64,000 nt of DNA from Tubiluchus corallicola (lineage: Eukaryota; Animalia; Priapulida), in assembly GCA_030141605.1 (NCBI GenBank), contig JAQGDQ010000343.1, positions 124,001 to 188,000 on the forward strand. Direction: 5' to 3'. Every line of letters begins with the position of its first letter. The stretch's first letter is position 1. Under the pieces are notes generated by a model. The model did not search any database. It was not told where the DNA came from and was given only the letters and a program-made list of their open reading frames with translations. A program made the translations under genes and the position numbers. This document shows, in pieces, positions 1 through 12,700 of the stretch.

Positions 1-139
1 ATGACATCACAAACTAACGTGATTTTAAACAGCAAAAATATTCCATGAGCATGTTGCGGGTGTTTGCAAAAGCGAAAATTGAAATACAGTGTTACTGTAA
101 GATACTCAATGTATGAAAAATAGGCAAGGTTTTAAGATA

Positions 140-400
140 AAAATTCAAATTTGAAATTTACCGCTGTGTTCACACATGAGCTGTTGAACGTGTGCAGTTT
201 ATCACAAATTAACACATATGAAGCGAGAGGTACAGCACCAGTTTTTTGCGCAATTCGTTTCCGAAATGCAGGCGCTACCACCCGTCTAATTACAGAAAGG
301 CGAAATGCATGTAACAGCTAAAAACCAGTGGCGCGAAATTGTGTTTGTGTGGTAATAATTCTTTCATGTAAGTCAATTTTGAAAAAAATAGTATATTTCC
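140..400. repeat. Dispersed repeat with inverted copy at ~11630-11880
   Basis: ccgctgtgttcac..gaacgtgtgcagt..tgtgtttgtgtggtaataattctttca is reverse-complemented at 11653-11870. Confidence 0.7.
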
Positions 401-680
401 TTTCAATATTTTAAAGAGTATTTTGTTTTGACCTGCAGTTTAAGATTTAGTCGGTTTTGCTTTAAGTACTAAATCCTCCTGATATTTTTCGTGAACACTG
501 ACTTCCCAGAAGGCTTGGCGCTTTCTCCTTTAAACTGTGACATTGCAAGTTGTACACGTAAAAACGCAATTTCATGTTCGCGTGGCTACATTAAAATTCA
601 ATTATTTTTCTCCAGGTTAGTAGGTGACATAGGCCCAACAAAGTCGACAGATAATAATGCCCATAAAAGGATAAGTTTAC

Positions 681-774
681 CTCTTCAGTTTTCAAAGCAT
701 CTCCTGTTTTCCCTTGCAAAGCTTCTCGCAGCTTCTTGATGTAACCTTGCACTCCTTGAGCAAAGTACTGCAAC
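681..774 (-). CDS. API5: API5 coding exon 9
   Basis: tacag|(R)LQYFAQGVQGYIKKLREALQGKTGDALKTEE|gtaaac. Confidence 0.95.
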
Positions 775-3700
775 CTGTAAACATGACATTCGCTCATTTA
801 TGATGCTAATCTCGACATATTTAATAACGACAGAAATTTCCAATTTGTGCAAAGTTTAATCATTTAGGGTTCATTTCTGGTGTTTTTCTGAACCCATAAA
901 AGCCAACAAGACAAAAGTATTTTATAAAAGTACATTATAAAAGACGCGCAACATCACGTACACGATTAGGTACAGCGAAATCCCGTCAAAATGCCCCCAT
1001 TGTAATGTTAACCTTGCTTAACCTTTTCACTACGGAAGGCTGCACATTGCCACCTATGTTTTTCATGCAAAGAACGGAAGCCAATAGACTGCCGCCCTAG
1101 CTCAGCACTAAGCACAGTCATCCAGGTCTGTTTATTTCACTGCTACGGCCATGCAAAACATTGTAGAAAAGTTTAACACCCATCGGATTGGGGTTGCTTT
1201 GCAACAAGTAACGCTAACCAGCCAACCAGTGTCTGAAGCCAAGTGCATTCCATATACTATACTGCATAGTGCGTTCTCATGCAAAATTGCTTGTTGATAG
1301 TTGGTGAAACGTGTTTAGTCACTTGTTCTGCATTCTTATAAATCATAGATTAGTAATATGACTTTTGAGTAAATTGGCTTCTAAATATAAGTATGTGGTT
1401 ATTTCGGTGGGTGTGCGCGTGTGTGCATGCATGAGTGCATATATGTGTGCGCGGACATGCGTGCATGTGTATAAATAAGACTAATATTCAATATTAGTGT
1501 TTAATAACAAATGGCTATTTGTTTATTTACAAGATTCTGTTTTAGTAACACACCACAAGAAGTTATTGTCAAATGTGCAAAAGCCAATGTGGCCCTGTTA
1601 AAAGGAACTACGTAGCGAAAGGGTTAAGGCCTCAACTTTTGGCAAAACAAAATGCCTACATTTACATAGACATGTATGTATTAATGCCAAACTCGTTAAA
1701 CTCCTACTTTTTTGCAGTACAATATAGAGGTTTGACTGTATTTGCAGGTAGAAACATCGGCATAAACTTACCTGATTCGGAAATTATTCAACCTCTCCTC
1801 GTCGGCCGTAAGAAACTCGGCGTGTTTTCTTCCCAACTCGTGGAATGTGTGCATGAGGCACTCGACGTACGAAAAATTCAGCTTTGGTTCGTCGACCGTC
1901 GTCTTTTCTTTCTCACCATTTTCCTGTGCGTTTTCACTATCCGATGGCGGCATGGGTAAATAATCCTGCAAAAAAAACCATCAGCATTTATTTCACTGCT
2001 GCAGAACTTCAAACACACACAAGAAAATTTACAAAATCCGGTTCACCGTCATTCACTCAGCTGCAATAACTCTCATTCCCTTAAAAAATTCAAAATGCAA
2101 AAAAAGTTTTTTGCTTTTTAAATTTGTTTGTACTAGACATCCAGCATATGCTTCAGCAATGTAAACTTTATTCGTTCAAAAAACAAATACACGATGCGTT
2201 TCTACAAGTACAGTGTTCCCTCGCTACTTCGCGATTCGTTTATTGCCGACTCGCTGTTTCGCGGGTTTTCATAAAATATTAATGTGAAATATTTATCGCG
2301 GTATTTTCGTTGTGTCACGGGTTTTTGCGGTACTCCGTCTAAAGTATTTTTGCGGATGCGTAGTACGTATTGTACAGTAATCTATAGGTTTGATGAATTT
2401 TGCATAAAAGAATCACAAAATGTATAAAAATATGTTAAAAACATTAATTCTAACATTAAAAGAATATTATAAATCATAAAAAATTACCATTTACAGTAAA
2501 TAGTGTATTTATTCGGCGGATGAATACACACCAAAAACGAAATGTAGTACTTGCGCCCGCTTGAGATGCTACTTGCCGACGTGAGATTGTACACAATTAT
2601 GAACATTTAAGTAAAGTTTTTTAAAAGGTACATGTACAGTATGGGAAAAGTTATTAAGGGAATGGGAAAGGGTTATGTATAAGAGTGTGGGGAGGGTTTA
2701 TAAAGACTTAAAATAATGTATAACTACTAAAATAAGTATAGCGTCCCTACTTCGCGGAAATTCATTTATCGCGGGGCCTGGAACGGAACACCCGCGATCA
2801 GTGAGGGAACACTGTACTTCTAAAAAAGACTAATTCATGAAATAACATAACGTAGTTAACTTCCCTGCGAAAGTGGCTAAGGGCTTTTGCACCAAAACAC
2901 TAAAACACATGTTGTATAACTTGAATTCAGTAGAGCTCAAAGTTATTGTGAACATACTTATCAGGGTTCCCACAGAATTTAAAAATAAATTTCCCTGGTT
3001 TTTCCCTAGCCAAATATTGACCAAGACAAGCAGAAATTGTATTACCAGCATACACATTCAAACATTTTTCTGTATGGACCATTCAAACATGTATTGATAT
3101 ATAATGTGTCGGCACAGTTGCAGTAGTGCTAATGAAATTTCACTTAATCACATTAAATAAACTTTCTTAATCCAATCATTATTTTTGGAACAGAAATTGA
3201 AACTGGGAGCCTGTCGTAGCAAAATTTCATTTGAACACGAATCGCTGAAAAATATGTTTGAAAAAATATCGGTTCACGGTGATTTTGTTTGCAACACTTT
3301 CCAATTTCCCCAACTTTTCGCCCCATTTTCATCATTTTCCCTGACATTTTATAGAACTATCTTTTTCCCTGACTTTCCAGGATACGAGGATTTTCCAGGA
3401 TTTTCCCTAACCGTGGGAACCCTATATACAGTATGGCGATATTGTGCCTGAAAATTCCTAGGGGGAATTCTGCATTAGAGAAATTAACAACACAAATTCA
3501 AATGGTAATACTGATGTTTTTGGCAAATTAAAACAAAACTAGTTGCAACACGAAAAGTCACGCATGCAAGCGCTGTTTGCAATTCTGGTGAATTTTTACT
3601 AGGAAGAACACTAATAATTGTTTGAGTGAAAATACTATAAATACTGGAAATACTATAAACAAAATCTATGCACATGCACCATCAAAGATTCAAACCTTAA

Positions 3701-6700
3701 TCAAACCTATGGTAATACTGTAGAGCCAAAAGTTCAAAGCAGAAAAAGTACCATATGAAATCCAAATTACCCGTAATCATTATGTAAATGCAATAAGTCC
3801 AGCGAACTAAATACCATTAGTCAATACGAAGAACTGCATGAAGCACACCTGATGCAACCTCACAAAAGCATTGCAATCACCGCACAAACCGCATACAAGC
3901 ACATGCACAAAACGGTAAAAACTAGCAACCGCAAAATTGACAATGGGATTTTCCAATCAATTCGCTCGCCCGCAGAATCGATTTGTTAACCTCTCAACTT
4001 TCTACTTCCACTTTGCAAAAGAAAACAAGAAATTGATCGACCATCGCTGCACTCACTAATAATTTGCTGAAAAGTGTGTCCAACTTCGTCGGCACATCGT
4101 CCAAATCACCGCAATGTGACGACATCTCCGCCAGCAGCTTGAGCATGTCCAACTGCAAGTCCGTTCCTTCCTCGTTGCTTTTCACTTGCGATAAGTTAGG
4201 CAACACTTGACAACAGAAGTAGCTGACGAATTTATCAGAATGGACGTTTTTCTACAAAGAAAACAAAATCATTTGGAAGGCGATGCATCATGGTCCGTTA
4301 ATAAATAATATGTCTGCTTGCAAACCAAAACCGTCCATAAGTCGGCATAGTTAAAACCAAGCTATGATGCTTCAAAGAAGAATGCGATAAAAAATTTGGT
4401 CAAATGTCAAGTTTTTGTATTTTGTAAAAACAAACACTAAATGTATTGGACTTTTATATTCTATATTCTATATTTTATATTCTAGCATCAAATTATCAGG
4501 AAAGTGTTCAAAAACAATAAAATTTAATTTTATAACTGCTTACTCATTTTTCTGTCTAGAAACTAGTAATGCAATTGTAAAAAAACTTGTATTTTCAAAC
4601 TTCTCCGATAGTACCTCGTGGGAGTTATGTTTTTGCTTTGGGTTTTTCTGTTGACAAACCCAAATCTTCGTCAGGGAGAGCCATCTACTGGATTTAAACA
4701 TAACTTCAACGTGCTCTTGCAAAGCCCATAGCAACCACAACTTCATACGGTTGCTAAGTGTTTTGTAGAGACGCGGCAAAAAACAATGGCTGACTTTAAG
4801 AACGGTTTTCTGAAGATCATGTTTTTCATTGCATAACCTGCACATGAATTTCAACGTGGAATATCTCAGCTTAGAAATAACATACAGCGATAAACTTGGT
4901 ATCAAAATGATCCTCACGAAATGGAGATGCAGGATACGCGAACAACTAGAAAAGCTTAATTACTAACTTATGGACGATTTTGGTAACATATTATCGTCGA
5001 AAAGTAAAAGTAATTTATGCATTTGCTTAGTCAGCTATGAATGCTCTGATTATTTCTTCAAACTTTATCTAAGGTTATCTGAGCTTGTTTCAATTTCCTA
5101 CCCAAACGACCGGCCGTTAAAATGGCTGCACGCTAGCTGTCAGGGCAGGATTTTATATAGCATTACTGCTGACTGCTAACACAAGCTCTGTGCGCAATAA
5201 GATGGCATGTAAGTGATACAAATTGGATGATTTTGCTATGCAAGCACACATTTATAACATGGTCTAAATAAATTAAACACGATTTATTTACTTATGTTTT
5301 AACAACGAACAGCTAATACTTGACGACCAAGAGAAAATATGGAGAAGAAATTTTGGCCTATCTATTGTTGTCCTAAACTTCGATAATTTAGATAAATTTT
5401 TTTGTAATTTTGAGAATTTTTTTTGAAAAAAATAGAATGAATTTTTCTTACGAAAACGACTGTTTCAGTGTGATAAATGGCATGCTGTTGTAAAATGATT
5501 TCCTTTGTTAATTAACACCTTTAAGAAAGATTGCTGTAAGCGACACCGTGGTGCGCACGTTAGTTAGCAAGCAGTTAGAAAGCCGTGATTTCAAATCCCA
5601 AACTAGGCGAGGCTTGAATCAATTTTCTATCAAATTTCTTTCAACCCGTAGTGGCAATAATAACACTCGACTGAGAAAATCTTTATCGAAAGCGGTAAGG
5701 AAAGGTTATTTTGAAAATGAAAGATGCACAAATAAAACTTACCGACAGCAGCGGTGTTGCCTGCCTCATACACTGAATGAGTTTATCCACGCATTCTGGG
5801 TCAGTTGCCTAGAAACGGAAATGAAAATGTAACGACGCATTTAAACTGAAGAGATTTTGTCAAGAAACTTACAGGTACGTTCACACTAGAAAAGATGCAT
5901 TTAAACTGAAGAGTTTTTTGTCAAGAAACTTACAGGTACGTTCACTCTAGAAAAGATGCATTTAAACTGAAGAGTTTTTTGTCAAGAAACTTACAGGTAC
6001 GTTCACACTAGAAAAGATGCATTTAAACTGAAGAGTTTTCTGTCAATTAACTTACAGGTACGTTCACACTAGAAAAGATGCATTTAAACTGAAGAGTTTT
6101 TGTCAAGAAACTTACAGGTACGTTCACACTAGAAAAGATGCATTTAAACTGAAGAGTTTTCTGTCAATAAACTTACAGGTACGTTCACACTAGAAAAGAT
6201 GCATTTAAACCGAAGAGTTTTCTGTCAAGAAACTTACAGGTACGTTCACACTAGAAAAGACGCATTTAAACTGAAGAGTTTTTTGTCAAGAAACTTACAG
6301 GTACGTTCACACTAGAAAAGATGCATTTAAACTGAAGAGTTTTCTGTCAAGAAACTTACAGGTACGTTCACACTAGAAAAGATGCATTTAAACCGAAGAG
6401 TTTTCTGTCAATAAACTTACAGGTACGTTCACACTAGAAAAGACGCATTTAAACTGAAGAGTTTTTGTCAAGAAACTTACAGGTACGTTCACACTAGAAA
6501 AGATGCATTTAAACTGAAGAGTTTTCTGTCAATAAACTTACAGGTACGTTCACACTAGAAAAGATGCATTTAAACCGAAGAGTTTTCTGTCAATAAACTT
6601 ACAGGTACGTTCACACTAGAAAAGACGCATTTAAACTGAAGAGTTTTTGTCAAGAAACTTACAGGTACGTTCACACTAGAAAAGATGCATTTAAACTGAA

Positions 6701-9700
6701 GAGTTTTCTGTCAATAAACTTACAGGTACGTTCACACTAGAAAAGATGCATTTAAACTGAAGTTTTTTGTCAAGAAACTTACAGGTATGTTCACACTAGA
6801 AAAGACACATTTAAACTGAAGAGTTTTCTGTCAATAAACTTACAGGTACATTCACACTAGAAAGCAAATTATACTGTGAGTTACTCTCAACAAGTAAGCG
6901 CAAGCAAATCTCGCAACGTATCTTGCAACAGTGTTCATACTGAAGAAATTACTCTGTCAAGATTTTAAATAGTATACTGTTCTAGAAAACTGGTACAGTT
7001 CTCGTAAGGAATAGAGCGTCTCTATTTGCTACAAGACGTGTGAAGGGTTGGTGAAATCAAACTCACAGGCATGTTCACACTTGACTGTTAACTTGCTACA
7101 ACTGTCAAAAAATGTAAAATTTCTCGACGACAGTAACTCACAAAGCAGTTCACACTAGCAACTTTGCTCTCTCACGGAGAACTCGCAAAGGAAAATACTC
7201 CAGTCTGAACACGGCTTAACACACAGAAGAGACTTCTGAACTAACAAACATTTATAACACAAAAACCATCAAAAAATATAAAAAACAATACAATTATAAT
7301 ACATTTGCACATATGTATGTGAGCTGTAACATAAATCACAGTTAAATATTACCAAAACGTTTTAATAAATTGAAAAAATCTGAAGAAATTCGTATCAACA
7401 ATGGCAAATGATAGCAATACAATTATTATATACACATGTTATTGAAAATTTTCATCAAAATCATGTCTTTATCAATATAATTCATTGCTGCTAAGCACTG
7501 CATTTTAAATGAGACAAAAAATTCCCACAAGATGCAAGCAGAGGAATGGAACACTGTTCTTTAAGGCGTTTCGAAAGAAGAATATTTTTTCCGAAAACAA
7601 CTTGTACCTCAAAGCGTTTATCGAGTTCAGCTTGCTCTGTGACGATCTCGAGCAATTGCTGTCGTCCCGTTAGCGTCTGCATCGACTTAAGCCCTCTGAG
7701 AATGGACATGAACAACAAAAATTCCTCCGCTGTGACGCCGTCAGCAAGAACCTGAAAAAGAAGACGTAAAAGACAAGATTAACGCACAACTGACTAAAAA
7801 AATAAGTGGCAGAAAAGTCAGGATGGTGGACGTTTTTTTACGTCTCGCAATTTTGGATACCGACCTACTCTTTAGAAGCTTCCGAAACCTTGACCACTGC
7901 GACATTTAAAAAATAAGCAAATAGGACATGGTGTGAGAAACAAAGCTTAGAATTCTACGGGTGCACTTCAACATTTATCTTACTGTTTTTTGTTTATTTA
8001 TTTCACATCAACACAAATACACAATTAATACATTAAAAGAAACAAAAAGTTATCAATAATTCAATGAATAACAAACAGTAAGATACATAATAGGAAGCAA
8101 ATTTTGGAAAAAATGATTTAAACTGTTTTTAGACGTAGGTCAACCGATGGTAAACAAAGATAGTGATATCACTACCTCCTTTAATACTGGTGTCTAAACA
8201 ACGTTATGTACAGCATCATCACAAATATACTAACTTGCCTCTCAAAACACTGTGGGGTTGAAAGATAAACAAGAGAATTATCGCTGTTGTATGTTGCTAA
8301 GTAAATTCGTATACAGTTTACTTTGAGCACATAACGATATATTTAGATATACTATAGTTTAGGTTTGCTATATATACAAATGTAAATGTGTTGCGGGCAA
8401 TCAAAAAGCAGGGCTTGTTAGATTGTCCCACACAGTGATAGAAAAAACAGTAATGAAAATAATCTGAAAATAAGAAGTGAATCGTATGATAAAGAAAACA
8501 TTAGTGCTACAGAATGGAATGGTGTAATGAATGAAGCTTATATATGAGATGATATAAAAGATAGATAGATATTTAAGATGAAATAATAGGCAAAGATAGA
8601 GAGAAAGAGAAGAGAAATGAAATAGAAAGGAGTTCTTATAAGATAAGAACTACTGAAGAGTTCTACAAGAAATTTAGATCTTACTCATTTAAGCTGATGA
8701 AGCATTGATGACACAATAAATACTAATTAGTTCACTTTGTGCAGTTCCAAACAGAGCAAATGGGCTTATTAAATGCCATACTGTGTTATTGATGTAGTAT
8801 CTGGTCGGACCGTAACATGCTGATGAAAATGTAACATTGTGAATGAACAGAAACAACTCCAAACTCCAGGAATGTGAACGAACAATTTTTCTTTTATTTG
8901 CCAAACATTTTGAGAGAGATAGACAGTCGAGAAAAATCAATAATCCTGTAAGACTATAGTTTACATGATGGCCAAGATCAATGTTCAATATTTTACAGCT
9001 GCCAGGCACACAGTCGACCTAACTTTACCTAAATAATTATTATTTTACCTAATGTTTGACAAAACAATAATAATACTAATGACAATGATAGTAATCATTC
9101 ATGATAACCATGACAATGGTGATGATATAAGAATTCTGTTATTGGACAGGTAACTCACCTTTTTGGTTTCCTCCACTAAGAAGTTCTCTGCATCCGATGT
9201 CAGAACATCGTCAGACAAATGATGCAACTTTGTGGCGAGGAATTTGATTGCGCGCTCGCGTACTAAATCCTCCCCGGTCAAAATCTGGGAAAAGAATCCC
9301 TGAAGTGTTCCTGAAATGGAAAAGAACATGTTGCAACTGTAATACGCTAGAAAGAAGATGCTACGGAAACAGTTAACCTACTGCAATGTTTTTTCTATTG
9401 AATCTGAAGATCACCACAATATAGATGCTTAAAGGAAAACCGGATGATTGTGTAAATACGGGTTCAGAATAAAGAATGCTCTAAAATATTGAAAACTACA
9501 ATAACTTTTTTTAAATTAAAGCTTAGATTAAATAATAATTACCTCGGATACTCAAATTTCATTCAACTTTCAAAGCAACGTGCGGCTCAGTGAATCTACT
9601 AAGATTGGCAGCGGCGCCTTTTTGTCACGTGCGCGTGGCCGACAAATAGAAGGCGGTACCGTGATAAGCATGATCATGAACTGCAGTGTTAGATTCTGAC

Positions 9701-12700
9701 ATTGTATGATGTAAAGCCCATTTTTCGTGACATCACACGTTTAAACAGTACTGTAACACTTACACAAACGTGTTTGACGCGCAAGGGAAGATGCCTGCCA
9801 TTGCACAAACTGTGGTTAGTTTCTGACGTAAGCAACAGCTGTGTTCGGTTGCCGTTAATTAACTTTCTAAACTAATTATCCAAATATAAGGAACAATTGT
9901 TAACTTTTATAGGTAAGAAAATGTATATCTTGGACAATAAATTAAAATGAGATTGAGTCTAAACAATCATCCGGTCCTCCTTTAATCAACAGCTATACAT
10001 GCGCCCCTTGTTATATTATAGACTTAACTAGAGTAGTAAAATCATTCTAATTAAAAGTATGACATTTCAAAGCCATTATAGACGACAGAGATTAGTAAAC
10101 TATGGACTGGTTAGAAATCACTGCTGATATCTTTTTTGACCCTATTATTATTGTTATCAATTTACTGACCATTAAAATTTACATAAAAAATGACACCAGT
10201 TTATATTAAAAGTCACACAGTAAAATCATTGCACAATTTAAATCATGCATGTTGCAACTAAAACACATTCAGGATAAAAAATCAATAAATTAAACTACAC
10301 TCATGTCAAGGGCTACAGCCATATCACGTCGAAAAACTGGTTCTCGTCAGATCACCAAAGTTAAGCAACGAAGAGCCTGGTTAGTACTTGGATGGGTGGC
10401 CGCCTAGGAATACCAGGTGCTGTAGGCTTGCGGGATCCCACACTGTATCTTGACACTAGGCAGAGGAGCTGCACAAGCAGCCAACGGCTAGAGGGGGAGG
10501 AGGTCAAGTGACCCAAAGGCCATGTGTAGAAGAGTAAACCATTCAAATCAGGAGTGGAGCCCCGAAGGCGGATCAGTCCAGCATGCTCACTGACTCCGGC
10601 AGCTTCTGCAGGCAACCTGGTTCCAAACGTATCGCTCCGCTTTCCTTTGGACTACACCAGGGAGGAAGAGAGGGGGTTCCTGTTGGCAACTCAAGACTTC
10701 CATACCTTGCCCAGGCGTGCGCCCTGGAGAGGCCACTCCAGTTCAATCTGGTTGAAGGATTGCTCAGCCACAGTCGACACTGCAGCTCCATCAATGTGAT
10801 CAATAACTGACTCTCTTGGCGCACACTCCATTGTCTTCCGAGACAGAAGGATGACACCATGTCAAGGGATGAAATGTGAATGATAACTACTTGAAGAACT
10901 GTGACATATTTTGAAATAATTGCGAGAGATAATTAATGGTCCACGTAACAAAATAGAACAATACTAATCAGAATTTTGAAATAGTTAATAAATTAGTATA
11001 AATCAAAATCCCTAATAAAGTTAGCCAACCAGTCACCAATGGATGCAAAATTGAGTGTTGCATAACTACTTCTTCAATCCTAACAGTTAAACCAACAATC
11101 GAAAGTTTGAAAGGTTGAGTAACATTTAGTGTGGAACAAAATAGAACATTACTTTTTATTTAGATACATAAAATATAATTATATTTCTACCACGACAAAG
11201 CTAGACTAAAATGGCTTCTATCTCTGACGAAACAAACAGAAAACAAGTCCAGTCCAAAGCCAAATAAATGCTCGTAACGTGTACCCTTGGCATCTATGTC
11301 AAAGATTGACATAATCGACGAATTTATGCACGAAAGCTCCGTGACGTCGTCTGACTGTAGAAGTTGGGTGAGAATGTCTGCAATCTTCGGAAGATGTTCT
11401 GGACTTTCTTTGCAGAATTTGGGCAGATCTTTGATAGCTTGTTTTCTTATCTAAAACAAAATGTTTGGTAATGAATCTTGACTGTTACACACATTCTGTT
11501 GAATTTTGTAATTTTGAAAAGTCGGTTGGGTGGTAAAGTCGAATAGTCGTAAGTCGCACAAGTCAACAACTACCTACATATCTAAATTCCCAAAGGTCGT
11601 AAACTCAATGTAGGTCAAAACAACCTACTCTTTAAAATATTGAATGGAAACGTGAAAGAATTATTACCACACAAACACAATTTCACGTTCGCGCCACTAG
11701 TTCTCCGCTGTTACGCGCATTTCACCATTCGCTTGTTAGAAGGGCACTAGCGCCTGCATATCGGAAACGTGTTGAACAAAAAGCAGGCTCAGTTCAGAAG
11801 TGTTCGTTTGTGACGTATACTGCACACGTTCGAAAGGTCATGCGTGAACACAGCGGTAAATTTGAATTTTTTTTCAGAACTGCAACACGCTCAGGGGATG
11901 TTTTTGCTGTTGAAAATTATGTTCGTTTGTGATATTATCAATAGTTGGGCTCGCCCGCAGTTAATTCAGATTTTCATCTGTTATTTAATTACCAGAAACG
12001 CTTTTGCAGTACTGTTGGTGCTAAAATGCATACTTTTTACAGTACTTGAAAATGGGGTAGTATATGACCTTCTCACCATAAAAGTTGTCATCGTACCAAA
12101 AATAATGAAAACATAAACAGTGTCACGGTAGTAAACAGTCGAGTTCCTATGCACACTTGAATTTAAGTTTAGAACTGCTAAAATTACTAAGAAGAACTTT
12201 GTGAAATTTACCGATGTGTCGTCCTCTTCGCACAAATCCAACTGGGCGTCCAACGCCTGATCGGCAAGATCCGGGAAATGCTTGAAAAAGCGAGCGATAA
12301 ACTGCGAAGCCAAACGTTTTTCATTTGGTCCTCCTTTTACGCCAGCTATTATATTATGATATTCGGCTTTATGCTAAAAGAGAAATGTGACAAAATGATA
12401 AAAATAAAAAGTGACCATCGGTTAAAGGAAAGGGCAAATCAGTTAGCATGTTCGGTTCATTTTACTGTTATGAGTTAAAGCACAAGAAAACATTCCACTT
12501 ACATAAAGCATAAAAAATTTGTCTCAAAATTTTATACCGCTTACATACTACCTTTCCGTATGCATGGCCTGCATCGGCTGTAACGCTGTATAAAACGTGT
12601 AAGTTTAAACTCCCGAGTTGACCGTTAGACGCAGCCATTTTAATAGTAGTCTAGTTACGTAAGTCTTTCCACGTGAAATGCTAAGTAATATAGATTTGCA

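Noticed and set aside
5837-6863. Regular arrays (also 35040-35905, 48160-49262, 58956-59324) as CRISPR arrays
   Set aside because: Head-to-tail units with no unique spacers, no cas genes, eukaryotic intronic context
10311-10429. Functional 5S rRNA gene
   Set aside because: Several substitutions, no oligo-T terminator, fused to a retroposon body inside a TSD
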